Assembly (NCBI RefSeq): GCF_018977255.1
Contig: NW_024704743.1
Location: 65,040,001-65,104,000 of the forward strand
DNA: 64,000 nt
Reading direction: 5' to 3'
Origin: Callorhinchus milii
Taxonomy: Eukaryota
In this document: in pieces, positions 49,538 to 62,534 of the stretch
Layout of the letters: every line of letters starts with the position of its first letter
Position numbering within the stretch: position 1 is the first letter of the stretch
Position numbers and translations under genes: made by a program
Notes under the pieces: model-generated
The model's database searches: none
What the model was told of the DNA's origin: nothing
The model's input: the letters and a program-made list of their open reading frames with translations, nothing else

Positions 49538-52129
49538 ACTTTGCAACTGACATTGCTAACTTTTTATTTGGAAAGACAAAATATCTTTCAGGGAGGGAAA
49601 GATGATCCACTGTTCAAATCCCTTGTGATATCTAACCTGTTGGCAAAGTTAGACATATTAAATAACATCACCTAAATTGTGCTGGGTAGGTCATACTGAC
49701 CCCATGCAACTGGATACTGCAAATTCCTCAAGCGCAACACCATAGTGTGACAAGAGTAAAAGTCTGGACTGGCGTTCTTGGTATTACATTACAGATACAC
49801 AAGGAAATACACTTGTGAGCACTGACAGTACACCTGGGGAAGTGTCAGTGTCTTTTGCCTGGGGAATTTTACCCTCTCTTCAGTTTGCTTTGTTATTCTG
49901 ATGACTCTTGTACTCACTGTTTCATACTTTTATTTATAATGTGTGATTTTTTGTTCTACTTTTTTTTTAAAAATGTTGTTCATCCTCACTGTCCTTCTGC
50001 CCTTCACCTTAATCTAATTTACCAACAGCTTTTGAATCACACTGAAATGCTGGATGCTGGCAACCCTTTTCTGGGCTGTCTCTATGTTCAATATCTTTCT
50101 CCTTTGTCATGCCTATCACATAAACCATTCTAATGTCCGACTACTGTCTCAGAGCAATCTAACAAGCACTCAAGTATTGATGAGGCAGAGAGAGAGAAAA
50201 TCAAATTACAAAAAGCCGGCATTTAAAGTAAAAGTTTTGTTTAAAAAAAGAAAAATGACATGAATAAAAAGAGCTAGCGAAAATCTTAAAAGCTTAGAGA
50301 GCTTAGTCTAAAGCTTAGACACATGTAACAAATGCTAGTGAAACATGAAAATAATAATGCAAATAATGGGAAAAAGAAAATAAATCTAATATTTTAGTTT
50401 GAACTGAAGAAAAATATAGATTAAAACATTTTGACAATACTGAATGCTAGAAAAATTATATTTTTAAAAAATCTCAAATGGAAAACAATAGAAATATATA
50501 TTTGGGGAAGAATCAGTAATAAAGTAACGAAAACATAATTTGGGTATTTGAAAACAGATTTTTTTCAAAATAATAATAATTTTTGATTTGGTACAACGCC
50601 TTATCACATTGCTGAGGTTTGCTTCATAGGTTAATTTGTAAAGTGGTGTGAATGTATTTTATGGGTGAAAGAGAATTGGTAAATGACATTTGAGAAACTG
50701 TACATACACTTATATACACATTGCTTGTGTATACATACAGATACATACTTTTAGAAATCTATTCTACTTCTGGGACTTACAATGAAGTACTGTACTTTAC
50801 AGTTTGGGAACAAAATGTAAACATTTCATATTCTACATGTACAAATCAGTCAAATAATCTTCTTTAAGGAAGGAAATTTGTTCAATCTTTGGTATAATAA
50901 ATGGCTATTTAAACTAACTAGGTTAGTCATTGCCTTGGTTTTGCCATTTGATTTTATGACTATGTAATTGGTGAAGAATTTAAAGAGAGCATTCTCTATT
51001 CACAGCATTAGTGCAGCAAAGGACAAAGACACCATTTGAAAAGATTATTGTGGAGGAGAAACCTTCCTGTTAACTAAGGGCAAAGTAGGTTTGATTTGTT
51101 AACAGTCCATCATAGTATCTTGAACCAGGGAAGGGAAAAAAAGATATAAGTACTTAATCACAACAGATCTGAAGCACAATACATTGTATACAAAAATAAA
51201 GACTAAAAATGAACTGTTGACAAAGGCACTCTTGTTGCTCCGAGCCCAGCTGTAGCACCCATTTGGACTGGATTTCAATAGATGTGAAAAACCATGTTAA
51301 CACACGTGAACTCGGATGTTTTACTTTGAAGAATATCTCCACCTGATGTGTAATGGAGGTGAATTTAAAGGGACACTCACCATTATTTGAAGTTATTGCT
51401 TCTGCCAATATTAGGAAAACTATTCTAAGAAAATGTAAATAACTTCAGTCTGCCCCTTTCCTCGCTGGCTGTTTACACTTACCATTTAACCTCCTTTAGA
51501 TTTGCTGCAGTAGAACAGCTAGTTTAAAAAAACCTGTAGAAATTTTTGGAATATTTGAGTTTTTCTGCTTTTGTATTTATTATCTTGATGCATTAGCAAA
51601 ATATAAATACATAAAATCCTACAAGAAGTAGAATTTGATGGAAGTAAATGGACTTTCTGGGCATATCTACGAAATTAAAAGGCAAATAAATTACCTCAAA
51701 CTGGTTCCGTATAAAAAGCAACTTGGAATACCTGCCATTTATGTCAGACAAGTTGGATCAGGTGAATCTAAATCTGGCCACATTGCGAATGACCTTTCAA
51801 CCCGTCTACATTGAGAAAAGTAACAGTTGCTGTTTAAAGCCGCGCACTTTTCAATATTCTGCATCAGAACTTCATAAATAACCTTTGTTCAGATAACATC
51901 CAGCACCAAACCCTGGAAATACATAACTGATACCCAATACTTCATTTTTGCACAAGTAGAAAAGTATAAATAAATAATACATAATAAAATTCTGTAGAAA
52001 TTGTATAATTCACTGGTTAAGTTGCAGTTGGAATGCAATTGAATGCTCAATGTTGACCTCCCCATTACAGTAAGAATGTCATAGAGATAGAGATGGTGCA
52101 ATATAGATTCACTGGTATCAGACAATACA

Positions 52130-52560
52130 CATTTGATGAAAGGCTGACTAAATTTGAACTTTTTCCACTGGAACAGAAGATATTGAGAATGAATATAAGA
52201 AAAGTGTTTAAGATACTGAAGGAGACTGAGATAGAGAAATAATATTTCCTTCAGTTGGTGAATCAGGGATAAAGGAGCGCAATTGTTAGTAGAATACTTA
52301 GGGAAGCGGTTGGGAGGAATTACTTCACTCAAAGGGTTGATGGGGTTTGGAATTTATTACCACAAGTGGCTATTGACCTAAATCAATAGATTTGTTCAAG
52401 TGGGAACTGGATAAGCAACTGAGCAGTAAAAACATAACGAGATACTTGGAGAGAGTTGGAAAGTGGAAAATGGAAAAAAAACAATTTTGAAAAACATGCA
52501 GCAAATGGCACACACGCTATGGGCCTGAACAGCCCTTTCTGTGCAGAACATGTCTTACAT
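52130..52560 (+). mobile_element. Highly degenerate CR1 3' end
   Basis: aggaattacttcactcaaagggttgatggggtttggaatt (RNYFTQRV..VWN) followed by a CR1-like 3' UTR. Confidence 0.6.
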
Positions 52561-54308
52561 TTCCAAAATAGATTTTGCAGAGTACTTAAGGAATATATGT
52601 ACTGAATATTGTAATTTTAATTAAAATATAAAAACACAATAATAATCCTTATATTTGAAAGCACCTTATCACATCATCAGGATGTCTTAAAACGCTTCAC
52701 AAGATATACTGTAAAGTGGATTACTGTGTATTTTGTGAGCAAAAATATATAACATCACCAACAGAAAATCTACCTGATAGTGTTGGTGTGAAATTGGCAT
52801 TTTATTCTAATCATTCTCACTTGATCAATATTAAATAAAGCTTTGCAAATATCAGCCAATGTACACAATGTAATATGATTGAAAGATGAATTAAAGATCT
52901 TTGCATTTGATGCAGTGCCTTTCACATTAAGAGAACATCTCAAAGCCTTTCACAGAAATTGCTGTAAAGTGTAGTGACTGTGTATTTTACTCCAAGTATT
53001 GCAAATCAAACACATGAAGCCTTACTTGTGTATACAAATTAAGATTGCTTTTAATTAGCTTGTTTCCTTTATAACTCAGAAGGAGTTTAATGATAGGGGT
53101 ATTTTTCCCCCTTCGCAAGACAGTCAACTTCAGTTTACATATACAAATAGATATAACAAAGTAAATAGAAAGTAAAAAAATTCAGTCCACTGAAATATCC
53201 AAAATAATGTGGTTAACATCATGTAACAAACTACTAAAAAAATAGTAATTTATTTTGTTCATTCAAATCAGAACAATCTTCATCACTGCTCATAAGCATG
53301 AGTTGTGCATCTTTAACCCACATTTCTGGGACATTTCCAATTCTTCTATCTACCCTACAGTACATGCTATATCTTAATCTCAATATTAAACCCAAACCTT
53401 TACCAGAACATTAAGGATGTCGAAATTCAGTTGTGAAAATTCTACACATGCATTCACATCCCTGATCATGAAACATTTTACAGTACAGCTTGGTTGGCTT
53501 CAGAAAATACTGTACAGCTGGGAACTGCAAGATACACTAAGCACCACATCCAATGCTCTTGAGGAATTTCCTGCGACAAATGTTTCCAACTTTTCTGATT
53601 TTGTAAAGTTTCAAACTAATATTCATGTGGGATTTCTACTTGTAATAGGTGCATTGATTTTTGACCAACAAGTAAAACATTCTTATAAAATGTAAAACGT
53701 AAACAGCATTCTGGCAATTATTTGGTTACAATGCAACTTAAACAGTTCAGTACAATGCACAAACAAAATCCTTGCGATATAAAGAATAGCATAGATGTCA
53801 ACTGGTCAGAGTTCATCCAGCCAGAATCTATTGATTGATTTAAACGATGTACATGACCGATAAAGTTCAACTAAACTGAACCTTACGATGATTATTCAAC
53901 CAGAACTCTCCTCAAGCTTTGAACCTCAAAATGGAACTGTCATTCTAAAAATACACATCACTCACAGCCAAGCACAAACAACAATCCAACTGTAACAGTA
54001 TGGTTTATTCATTTGATAGAAAAATATTGCATTAGTCAGACCAGTGTGCCCTCAGGGAAAATACCAATTTGGGTACTAAATGCATATGTAATACTTCTAA
54101 AATATTAATTCAGTTCAATTCAACATGAAAAACATCAAAGTCAGCGACAAGGTCCAATGATTCCTTGGAGTCAAACTTTTCATCTTGTGATCACTTCTAA
54201 CTCTGCTGAAACCATGACCTTCTCAGTAATAAAGCACTCAACCCATTCTCATCTCATCTCCGTCCTTTCAGGGTTTTAGAAAGACACCCAAAATGAAAGT
54301 CATCATCA

Positions 54309-54664
54309 TAATAATAATAATCCTTGCATTTGATATAGGGCCTTATCACGTCTTCTAGATGTCTCAAAGCGCTTCACAGAATATACTGTAAAGTGAATTG
54401 ACTGTATATTTTGTGGGCAAAACACGGCAGCCAATTGCGCACAGCAGTGTCCCACAAACAGTCGTGGACTGAGTGACCAATTTTTTTTTGAAGGAATTAT
54501 TACCCCCAAAAAAGCAATCCACCAATCGACTTAACAACCAGGTTCCTACTTACTGCCAGGCGTGTGGATTTAGGAAACTTGTCTAACATTTCGCCCTGCC
54601 GGGAATTGAACCCGGGTCTCTCGCTTGCGAGGCGAGTGGTCTAACCAATGAGCTACAGGACTCC
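54309..54664 (-). mobile_element. Full-length SINE family A (long subfamily, Ala-CGC-like anticodon arm)
   Basis: Head with A and B boxes, CORE-like segment, shared 3' module and (TTA)n tail. Confidence 0.9.
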
Positions 54665-55824
54665 ATAGGATATGATGTCAACAACGACCTGACAACCTGG
54701 AAGTTGAGTTTTTTTTAGCACTTAGTTTAAAATGAAGTGCCCCTACATTGTCTGTGACATTTAGAATATTTCTTCAGTTGAGCCAATTATTTACTGTTTC
54801 ATTACACATTTTATTTTTAAATATTTAGATTTTTAAGGTGAAAACTGTTGTTTCACAAGTTTACCGTGCAACGATTGAACAGCATCAATGCTTTCCAGGG
54901 TTTCAAGTGAATTCAGATAACTAACATCGAAAGTACATCATAAGTCCATCATATCCACAGTCAAAGCACAACCTCTTCCCCCAACAATCCCCTACTTTTA
55001 CAGGAAATAAAATGGCAAATTCATGCCCTTTTTTTTACCCCTCTCAAGTCAAAAAGCATGACTTGGTTTTCCTCCAACATGCAAATGATTGTTAGCATTT
55101 ACCCAGGCCCATTAGCCACTAATTAGTTTCAACCTCACAAGTAGTCACACAAAGCAAGAATAGCTCAGACTGTGGAAGGCAAGGCAGTTAATAGCGGCAG
55201 CATCTGTAACAATGTCACCATAACAGACACATTGCCAACGTGAGTATGCATTCACATGGCAATCCAGTGGACTGGAATAAAAAGGAATAACAAACACAAA
55301 GATTTAAAATGCACTGCCATACAAATCCATTTATAAACTGCAGGATCTGAAGAGCACAAACAACAAGTTGCTTTCACTTAGCGCTCTTCACACAGAATAG
55401 CACCTCGGAGCGCTGCAAATGTTACCTCACACAATTTCCTTTCTCTGAATATACTGCAGCATAAGTGTCTTTGTGAAGTCATGAATTAGTATTAGTAAAA
55501 TATACTTTATCATTAAAAAACAAATAAAAACGGAAATACGTGAACTTGACTTTTTAAAGCATTTTGGACAGAGAAACAAAAGAAGAAACAAGAGATAGTT
55601 TACTAAAGTGTTAAATCATTGTTTCAGTGCAAGATCTTGTTCAGTCAGAAACCTTTCACCCAAGAAGTTCCAAACACCATGCTTAAATACTAATCATATA
55701 TGAACAGGTTATTAGCCAAGTTCTTTGTAGATGAAAGATGTCCAGTGAAGAGGAAAGTAGGATCAAGATGTGGATGATGAAAGAGGTCGCTGCTGGAGGA
55801 GGTCAGAGGTAGAGGCAAAGGAAG

Positions 55825-55868
55825 TCAGAGGCGATTGACCCGCATAGAAACAGGTGCACAACAGGTGA
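55825..55868 (-). CDS. COBL: Putative alternative terminal coding exon of cordon-bleu (V|TCCAPVSMRVNRL*)
   Basis: About 40-nt pyrimidine-rich tract plus CAG acceptor at 55869-55910. Phase 1 matches the upstream exon. Candidate AATAAA at 54810-54815 (minus). Confidence 0.6.
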
Positions 55869-56969
55869 CTGCAGGAAAGAATCAGAGGACAGGAAAAGTA
55901 AAGAAAACAAGCTCACAGATGCACGGACATACAGAGTTCTTTGCCTAACAGAAATTCCACATTAACATACTACTGGTAATGTATGATTACAGACACTTAA
56001 AATAATGGTTTTCTGAACGTAACAGATACTTGGAACCATCGACATCAACAGCTTTAGCAAATGGTTGCAAATTGATCCATAATTTGGCTTTGGATTGCCA
56101 ATATAAATGTGGCAATTTTTTCAGAAGCAGACCTTGCTTTTATTTTCTCAGCACTGGTGCTGACAAGAACAGCTGACAAATATATCAACTACCGTCAAAT
56201 TGGACTGGCTGGGTGATTGTTTTCCTCAGACCTACTTACAACATATTTCTTCAGCAATGGACTGAATGGGACTGAAAGGATCGCTCTTTAAAAGAGCCAT
56301 CACTAATGTGATGGGTTGAATGACCTTCTTCTGTGCTTTAAGTTTATGTGGTTCAAAAAAACTAGTTCAAAAAAACTATTCATGCACAAGAATGTTACAT
56401 TTGTGCACAATTTTTAAAACAGAGATCACGCAACAAAATAATCCCATTAGCATTGCATTTAGAAAAATGAATCATAAGGTCAAGGCATTTTACCCTCCAA
56501 CAACATGATTTGGAGTCAGATAGGATATCGCCCTGTAAAGCGTCATAGTTCCTAGCTGGAATGTGAGATGCAAAGATTATTTAATGTGTGTGAAAAGTGG
56601 TTAGAATTCAAAACAATCATCCCTTTAAACGAAAGACGAGCACATGAGTTGGAAGGAGAATGTCATAAATGCTGCAATTTTACTCCCGAAGAAATGATAC
56701 TTTATTCGTTGAGCTGAATTTTCACAAGGTTATATGGGTAATAGTTATCTTCCCTTCCCAGACAAAGGAAGAAAAGTAATGGGAAACAGAGGTAGAGATC
56801 CACACGCAAAAGAGGAACTAAAGATCTACAAGTTCCCTACTTTAAATAAATCTATATAGCAAATGAACACACCAACTTTAACACGAACTTAAAACAATCA
56901 ACAAGTGTTCACTCAGTTTCAAGTCCAAAGATTTGAGTGAAGAATGTCCTTTGTCACAATTGACGTTCA

Positions 56970-57720
56970 CTTTCTAGAATACCAGTCATCTCATTCCAGA
57001 ATCCTGATCTCTTACACCATTTGTGGTAATCTATTCCAACTGATAATTTATCTATCCAATAATTGCTCTTCAATGTCCCCTTATCCTGTTATTTTTGTAT
57101 ATCTAGAAGTATTATTCCACATTTGCTTTTGTCTGTCTCATTAAGCATCTCATGTGCATTTTATGAAAGCTCTGCTCTCAAACACTTCCTTGGAGACCTT
57201 AGTTATCTAGTCATTCCCCTTTAACATTGAAATTTAGCTTTGGTGATCTCCTCTGCACTGCCTCTACGATCTGGATACCCCCTTATGTCAGAGAGGCCAG
57301 AACTTGCTCCATGTGCAACTTCACTAGAACATTATACAATTTGAGTAGGTCATGGAATCATTTGATGTTACAGCAGAGATTCAGGCTATTCAGCTCATCA
57401 AATCCACTCCCATGTTCTTCGTTGAATAATATACCTAGTCTAATTCGGCTTTCCATACACTTTAATATTTTTTTTAAAGCCTCTATCTGATTCCCTTTTA
57501 AAAAAAACTTATGGACTCTGTTTCAACAAAAGGCAGTGTCATGGAATCCCATATTCCAACCACTCTCTGTGTAAAAATTACCTTTTAATTTTTGCAATTT
57601 TCTTGCATTTGTGCCTTACATAAAGAACCCTCCTTCAAGCACCCACTGTCTCTAAGGCATAAGCAGAACTGTATGCAGTGCTGTAAACGCAGCTTGAACA
57701 GAACACTGTACAAACTTAAT
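56970..57720 (-). mobile_element. Cluster of old CR1-like fragments
   Basis: Minus-strand ttttacacagagagtggttggaatatggga (FTQRVVGIW) and related motifs. Confidence 0.5.
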
Positions 57721-59419
57721 ATGACTGACACTGTTCAAATACCACTCCTGAATAATTCAAATTTCTTTTCTCAACAAATATTTGAAATGATGTAAAGCAT
57801 ATGTTCTTTGAATTCACTGCAAATCATATGAAGAGAATGACTAATTGATCTGGAGGATTGTTGGCCAGGACACAGGTGAAAAACTCTCTTCTATTTTCAA
57901 ATAGTGTCAGGGAGTTTTAACGTCCACTGAATAGGCAGATGGGACCCAGTTTGATGCCAGACTTGAAGGCCGACATCTTCGATAACAAAGTGCTCCTCCA
58001 GTACAACATCAGAGATTGACTAACTCAGCATAATCTAGAGATTGAGCCTAAGATATTTCTGGGTGGCTCAGTACCACAACATTTGATACAATCACTCACC
58101 AGATAGTTTTGGGGTGAATGCCGAGCTGCAGTATAAAACATGGAAACAAGGAGATATGCAGCTAACTCACTCGGTAAGATGAAGGATTATGTGACAATTC
58201 AGTGAACCCTCCGATGGAACACAAACAGTTTGTTCTGAAAATGAATGCTACTTCATTTACAGTGTATGTGGAACAGTGAGATCATCTGTGGTCAAAGCCA
58301 ACACTGGTGAATACTGTCAATGGACTTCTGTGTCACCCATTGTTTGGCTAACATCATATGACTACTTTTTAATCACTGAGCATTTTATTCTGTATTCTTC
58401 CATAACTGTGTTGCTTTAAAAACATATGGAAGTCTTGCCACATTGCCGTTCAGTTAGGCTCGGTTCATAATGTTAAAAGCAATTTGTTAAAGTGATTTGA
58501 AGTGGGAAGTCTGATTTATACTTCCTGCTCTAAAATTGCATTGTTGGACGGTAAGCAGAGTTGTGCATGGGAGTAAAGCTTCGCCAACTGGCATCAAATT
58601 GTGGTCATATTTTTACATAATTAAAGAATGTGTACAGCTCTTGCGAAGGTTTTACTTTTAATGCACCACTTCTGAGTAGAGCCTAACTCAATGCTTTCTA
58701 GTCTTCCTCCAACTCTCAGATTAAGTTTACTAGGTTTGATGCAGATTGAGGCCTCTTTTACAACATGTCTTAACCTTGCAATCCTAATGCATAACTACAT
58801 ACTTTCCATTTTCTAAGACAGACAGTCCTGTGATCTGTTTTAGAAAGGATGCCAGTTTAGTTCTGAAACAAGGGCAATTGTGTGCTAAAAGCACGGACCC
58901 ATTAAGAACTGAGGTGCCCTACACCAAATTATTTGGTTATAGCTGATAATTTAATTCAAGCAATCTGTGTTGGATAAATGTTTTAATTCATTGCATCACT
59001 TGACCTCCCCCCCCCAGCTCAAAATGTAATCCTACATGGAAGCAAATAAGTATAACAACAACTTGCATTTATACTGACCTTCATGTATCTGTGGTGTCTC
59101 GGTGCAATTCATGCTTAATGAAGTAGTCTTAATGTGAGAATCACTTTATATTTTAAAGCTACTTTTCTAAACTAAATTTACAAAATATACTCTTTTTGAT
59201 ACTTTTTCAGCAAAATAACCAGCTGAGAGTTAAGGTTAAAAATACTTAATGTTGTACTTAATTTGGAAAGAAACAACTTATGGATTTGAAATTTATAGAA
59301 ATATGGAAAAGAGCGATAGGAGCCAGCGAGAAGCATCAGTATTAACAAAGAATTAAATGTTAAGACTGAATAGGACAGAATGTACTTTTCAGAGGACCTA
59401 CATTCAAGCATTGATTTAC

Positions 59420-59611
59420 CCAGTTCATCAGGCACCTCGCTGCTGAGATTGTACTTTGGCGACATTCCTGGCAGGTCGGTAATCTCAATGGTCGGAGAAG
59501 GTGGGTATGGTGGGGGAGGGGGGATGGTTAACTGGGGAGGGCTACGTTGATTGCCCAACACTGACTGTGTGCCTCTTGGAGGCTTAAGTGGCACTTGACG
59601 TCCAGTAACAC
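59420..59611 (-). CDS. COBL: Cordon-bleu proline-rich cassette exon (G|VTGRQVPLKPPRGT...PPQLTIPPPPPYPP...PDEL)
   Basis: 192 nt, phase 1/1, acceptor cccttatttag and donor G|GTAAAT. Resembles the mammalian Cobl segment GRQVPQKPPRGT..PPQLVLPPPPPYPP. The donor position is inferred from phase. Confidence 0.85.
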
Positions 59612-59759
59612 CTAAATAAGGGACCAAGTAAGGTTATAAGTACTGTATATCTGGAAAATAACACCTGTAAACCCTTCAGTAATCCGATGAAACGTTTAGC
59701 ATTCTTGCTGAAAAAAATGAGCTAAATTAACATTGACTAAGTGTTCCACACAGCAAAAG

Positions 59760-60176
59760 AAATAATATTCCTTCCATTTGATAAAAATGTCGTCATGTTG
59801 AAATGTGTCGAAGTGATTCATTCACAAGGTTTTCTGTAAAGAATAACTTTGTGGGTGGATGGGGCAGCCAATTTTTCTACAACAAATGTCCCACAAACAG
59901 CTGTGAAATGGAGGAGCAATTTTTTTATCTGAGAGATTATTGGCCAGGGTCTTTTCGAATTGTGCCACAGAATCTTTAATGTCAATCTGAACAGGCACTC
60001 GTAACCTCGGATTAGCAATTCACCTGACAGACGGGACCTCCGCCAACGGTGCACTCCCCCAGCATTGCACTGGAGTTTTAACCTAAATGATAACGTTAAG
60101 GTCCCAACATGGCGTTTGAACCCCATAACTTTATGTCTCAGAGGCCAGAGTGCTAACAACTGAGCCAGGCTGACAC
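59760..60176 (-). mobile_element. SINE family B (Deu-like), full length, diverged
   Basis: Head gtgtcagcctggctcagttg...ggggttcaaa with Deu-like core and tail. Confidence 0.75.
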
Positions 60177-62069
60177 AATGGCAAAACTGAAGTTTGTAGC
60201 AGCATAATATGGAGGTTAATAGCAATTGTATGAATGGTATGCTTTTACAAATTTATTTAGCAGTGGGTAGATTTTACACTTGTAGAATAACCTATTCCCT
60301 AAAACAGTTAAAATACAGTTGTTTCCTCCACTTACCATTTATTAAATAGGAGGCAGGTGGGCTGACATCCAGGCTACGTTACGCTTAGCACCTTTGTGAT
60401 GTGCGATTATAATGGATAATCCCATTAGCAGCCGACATTGCCAAAAACGCTATAATTAACAATGACCAGAATTTCAACGCTAGTGGGGAGCATTCAGGGC
60501 AGCCTTGTACAAATGGACCCCCTCCCCTTTGATATATTTCATAGCTGAGTGAGATACAAATATTTCAGCTGCATTCAGCAATAATTACAACTGAATAACT
60601 TTGGCCCTACCAACATTTGATGCACTTCATGCTAAAAGACTTTGCATAGGTTGATTCAGCAAACATTGATAATCCAACCTTTGCCACACTTAATCAATGG
60701 AAATTAATGGCATCTGAGGTGACGTTCATCTTACACACATTAAAGTAGATATGTGCTATCCAATAACTGAGTGGATATATGCACAAATATGTTGCTGATA
60801 TAACAAAGTTACACAATTTAACTATCTTTTGCTTCTTTCATCAAGGCAGACACTCATGTCCTCGCTGTTGTTGAAAGAAACTTAATTCAATTGTCATTTT
60901 CCACTCTGGATATGAACCACAGTTACAAACAAAAAATCTGTGCATTTAGATCAAACGGTGCTTGAAAATTATGCTAGAAACATGAAAAGGATCACTTACC
61001 AAGGCTACTGCTCTTATCAAATTCTGTTCTATCTAATGTTTTCTGTACTGGGAGATCTGGTGGAGCTGGAGCACGACGCTTTTTCTGTGCAGAATTTAGA
61101 GATTCAGCACCAGTCTGCATATAAAACATAAATGTGACATTAAACCCGAGTCTCTAATTTCTTATTTAAATGTTTTAGAAATGAGTTTATGGCTTAAAGA
61201 TTCCTAGTTTTAACCACGGGGCAGATTTGAAAAATATGTGCAACTTTGCTCAACATTGTTAACATTGTAGAGTGTCATAACATTAACATTTTTCATTCTA
61301 AATGGACCAGATTGTATCTTCATTGCTCAATAACTACTAGAGCCTATTTGTATAACAGCCTTGTTTCGATATTCCCTAAAGTGTTCTATGGGAGTTCTGT
61401 ATCGAAAATATAGTGCAACCTTTTTTGGTTACTAAAATTCATTTTTTTNCTACATCAAAGGTTATATGCATTTCATTTCCATTGATATTTAAAAAAAACA
61501 CTGACAAATCAGTTGCAAACCCAAGGTACTGAACCACACCACACAATGGCATTCTGTACTAGAACAAGAAAGTTAATCAGCTCTTCAATTAAAAATAAAC
61601 CAGACCACCCAGAAAGAGGTCAGACAATAATGATTATGTGTACCCTGAGAACTTGGATAGGTTCTGATTTTAAAAAATTGTTCATTAGCAAAAAAGTAAA
61701 CCGTGGTTCATTATCAAAGTGAAATAGGGTGATGTCATGCACAACAAATCTAACTTGTTTACATCTGGGTGGCCTGTGAATACAGATGGCAGAGTGCCTA
61801 CCTCCCACCCAGATGGCAACAGGTCGAAGTTCTTCCTGAGAGTTCATTGTGTCAGTTCTTGACCAGGACACGAGATGGAATGTCTCACTACAATGGGATG
61901 GTCCATCTTACAAGAGGGAACCACCCACATTTGTCTTGCCCCAGTGTAAGTGCACGTCTGGTCTGGTGCAGGTACATTGATCGCGTTCAGGACAAAGCCT
62001 GTGGTTTTGCGGCAAATCAGTTGCAAACTCACAGTACTGAACCACACCACTCAATTATATTCGGTACCA

Positions 62070-62408
62070 TTCTGTGGTTAGAGCACTCGCCTCACGAGCG
62101 AGAGGACCCAGGTTCAATATCCTGGCAGGGCAAAAGCTTACGCAAGTTCTTTACTCCACTCGCCTGTTTACCTAGCAGTAAGTAGGAACCCGGTTGTTAC
62201 TCGATTGGTGAAGCGCTTTCCAGGGGTAATAATCACTTCACAAATATTAAATAAATAATAATAATTTGGTCACTCAATCCAAGACCGTTTGTGGACGCTG
62301 CTTTGCACAAAAGTACACTTTACAATATATTCTGTGAAGCGCTTTGAGACGTCTCAACAACCTGATAAAACACTATCAAATGCAAGGATTATTATTATTA
62401 ATAATAAT
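62070..62408 (+). mobile_element. SINE family A (long subfamily)
   Basis: gtggttagagcactcgcctcacgagcgag head, ctgtttacctagcagtaagtagg and (TTA)n tail. Confidence 0.85.
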
Positions 62409-62534
62409 TAATGAACAGGGTTTCCATATACACAAGTCTCCAAATGGGAGGAATACAACAGCTACCCTTTCAACCTTAAAAACTACCAAGATACAGATTT
62501 ACTATTTCAGACAGAAGTCTTCATTCTGAACACT

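Noticed and set aside
60326..60400. Strong donor ATG|GTAAGT upstream of the cassette exon
   Set aside because: No phase-compatible acceptor, a stop lies shortly upstream in the required frame, and there is no COBL similarity.
61449..61449. Single ambiguous base n
   Set aside because: Assembly ambiguity at a poly-T run with no biological meaning.
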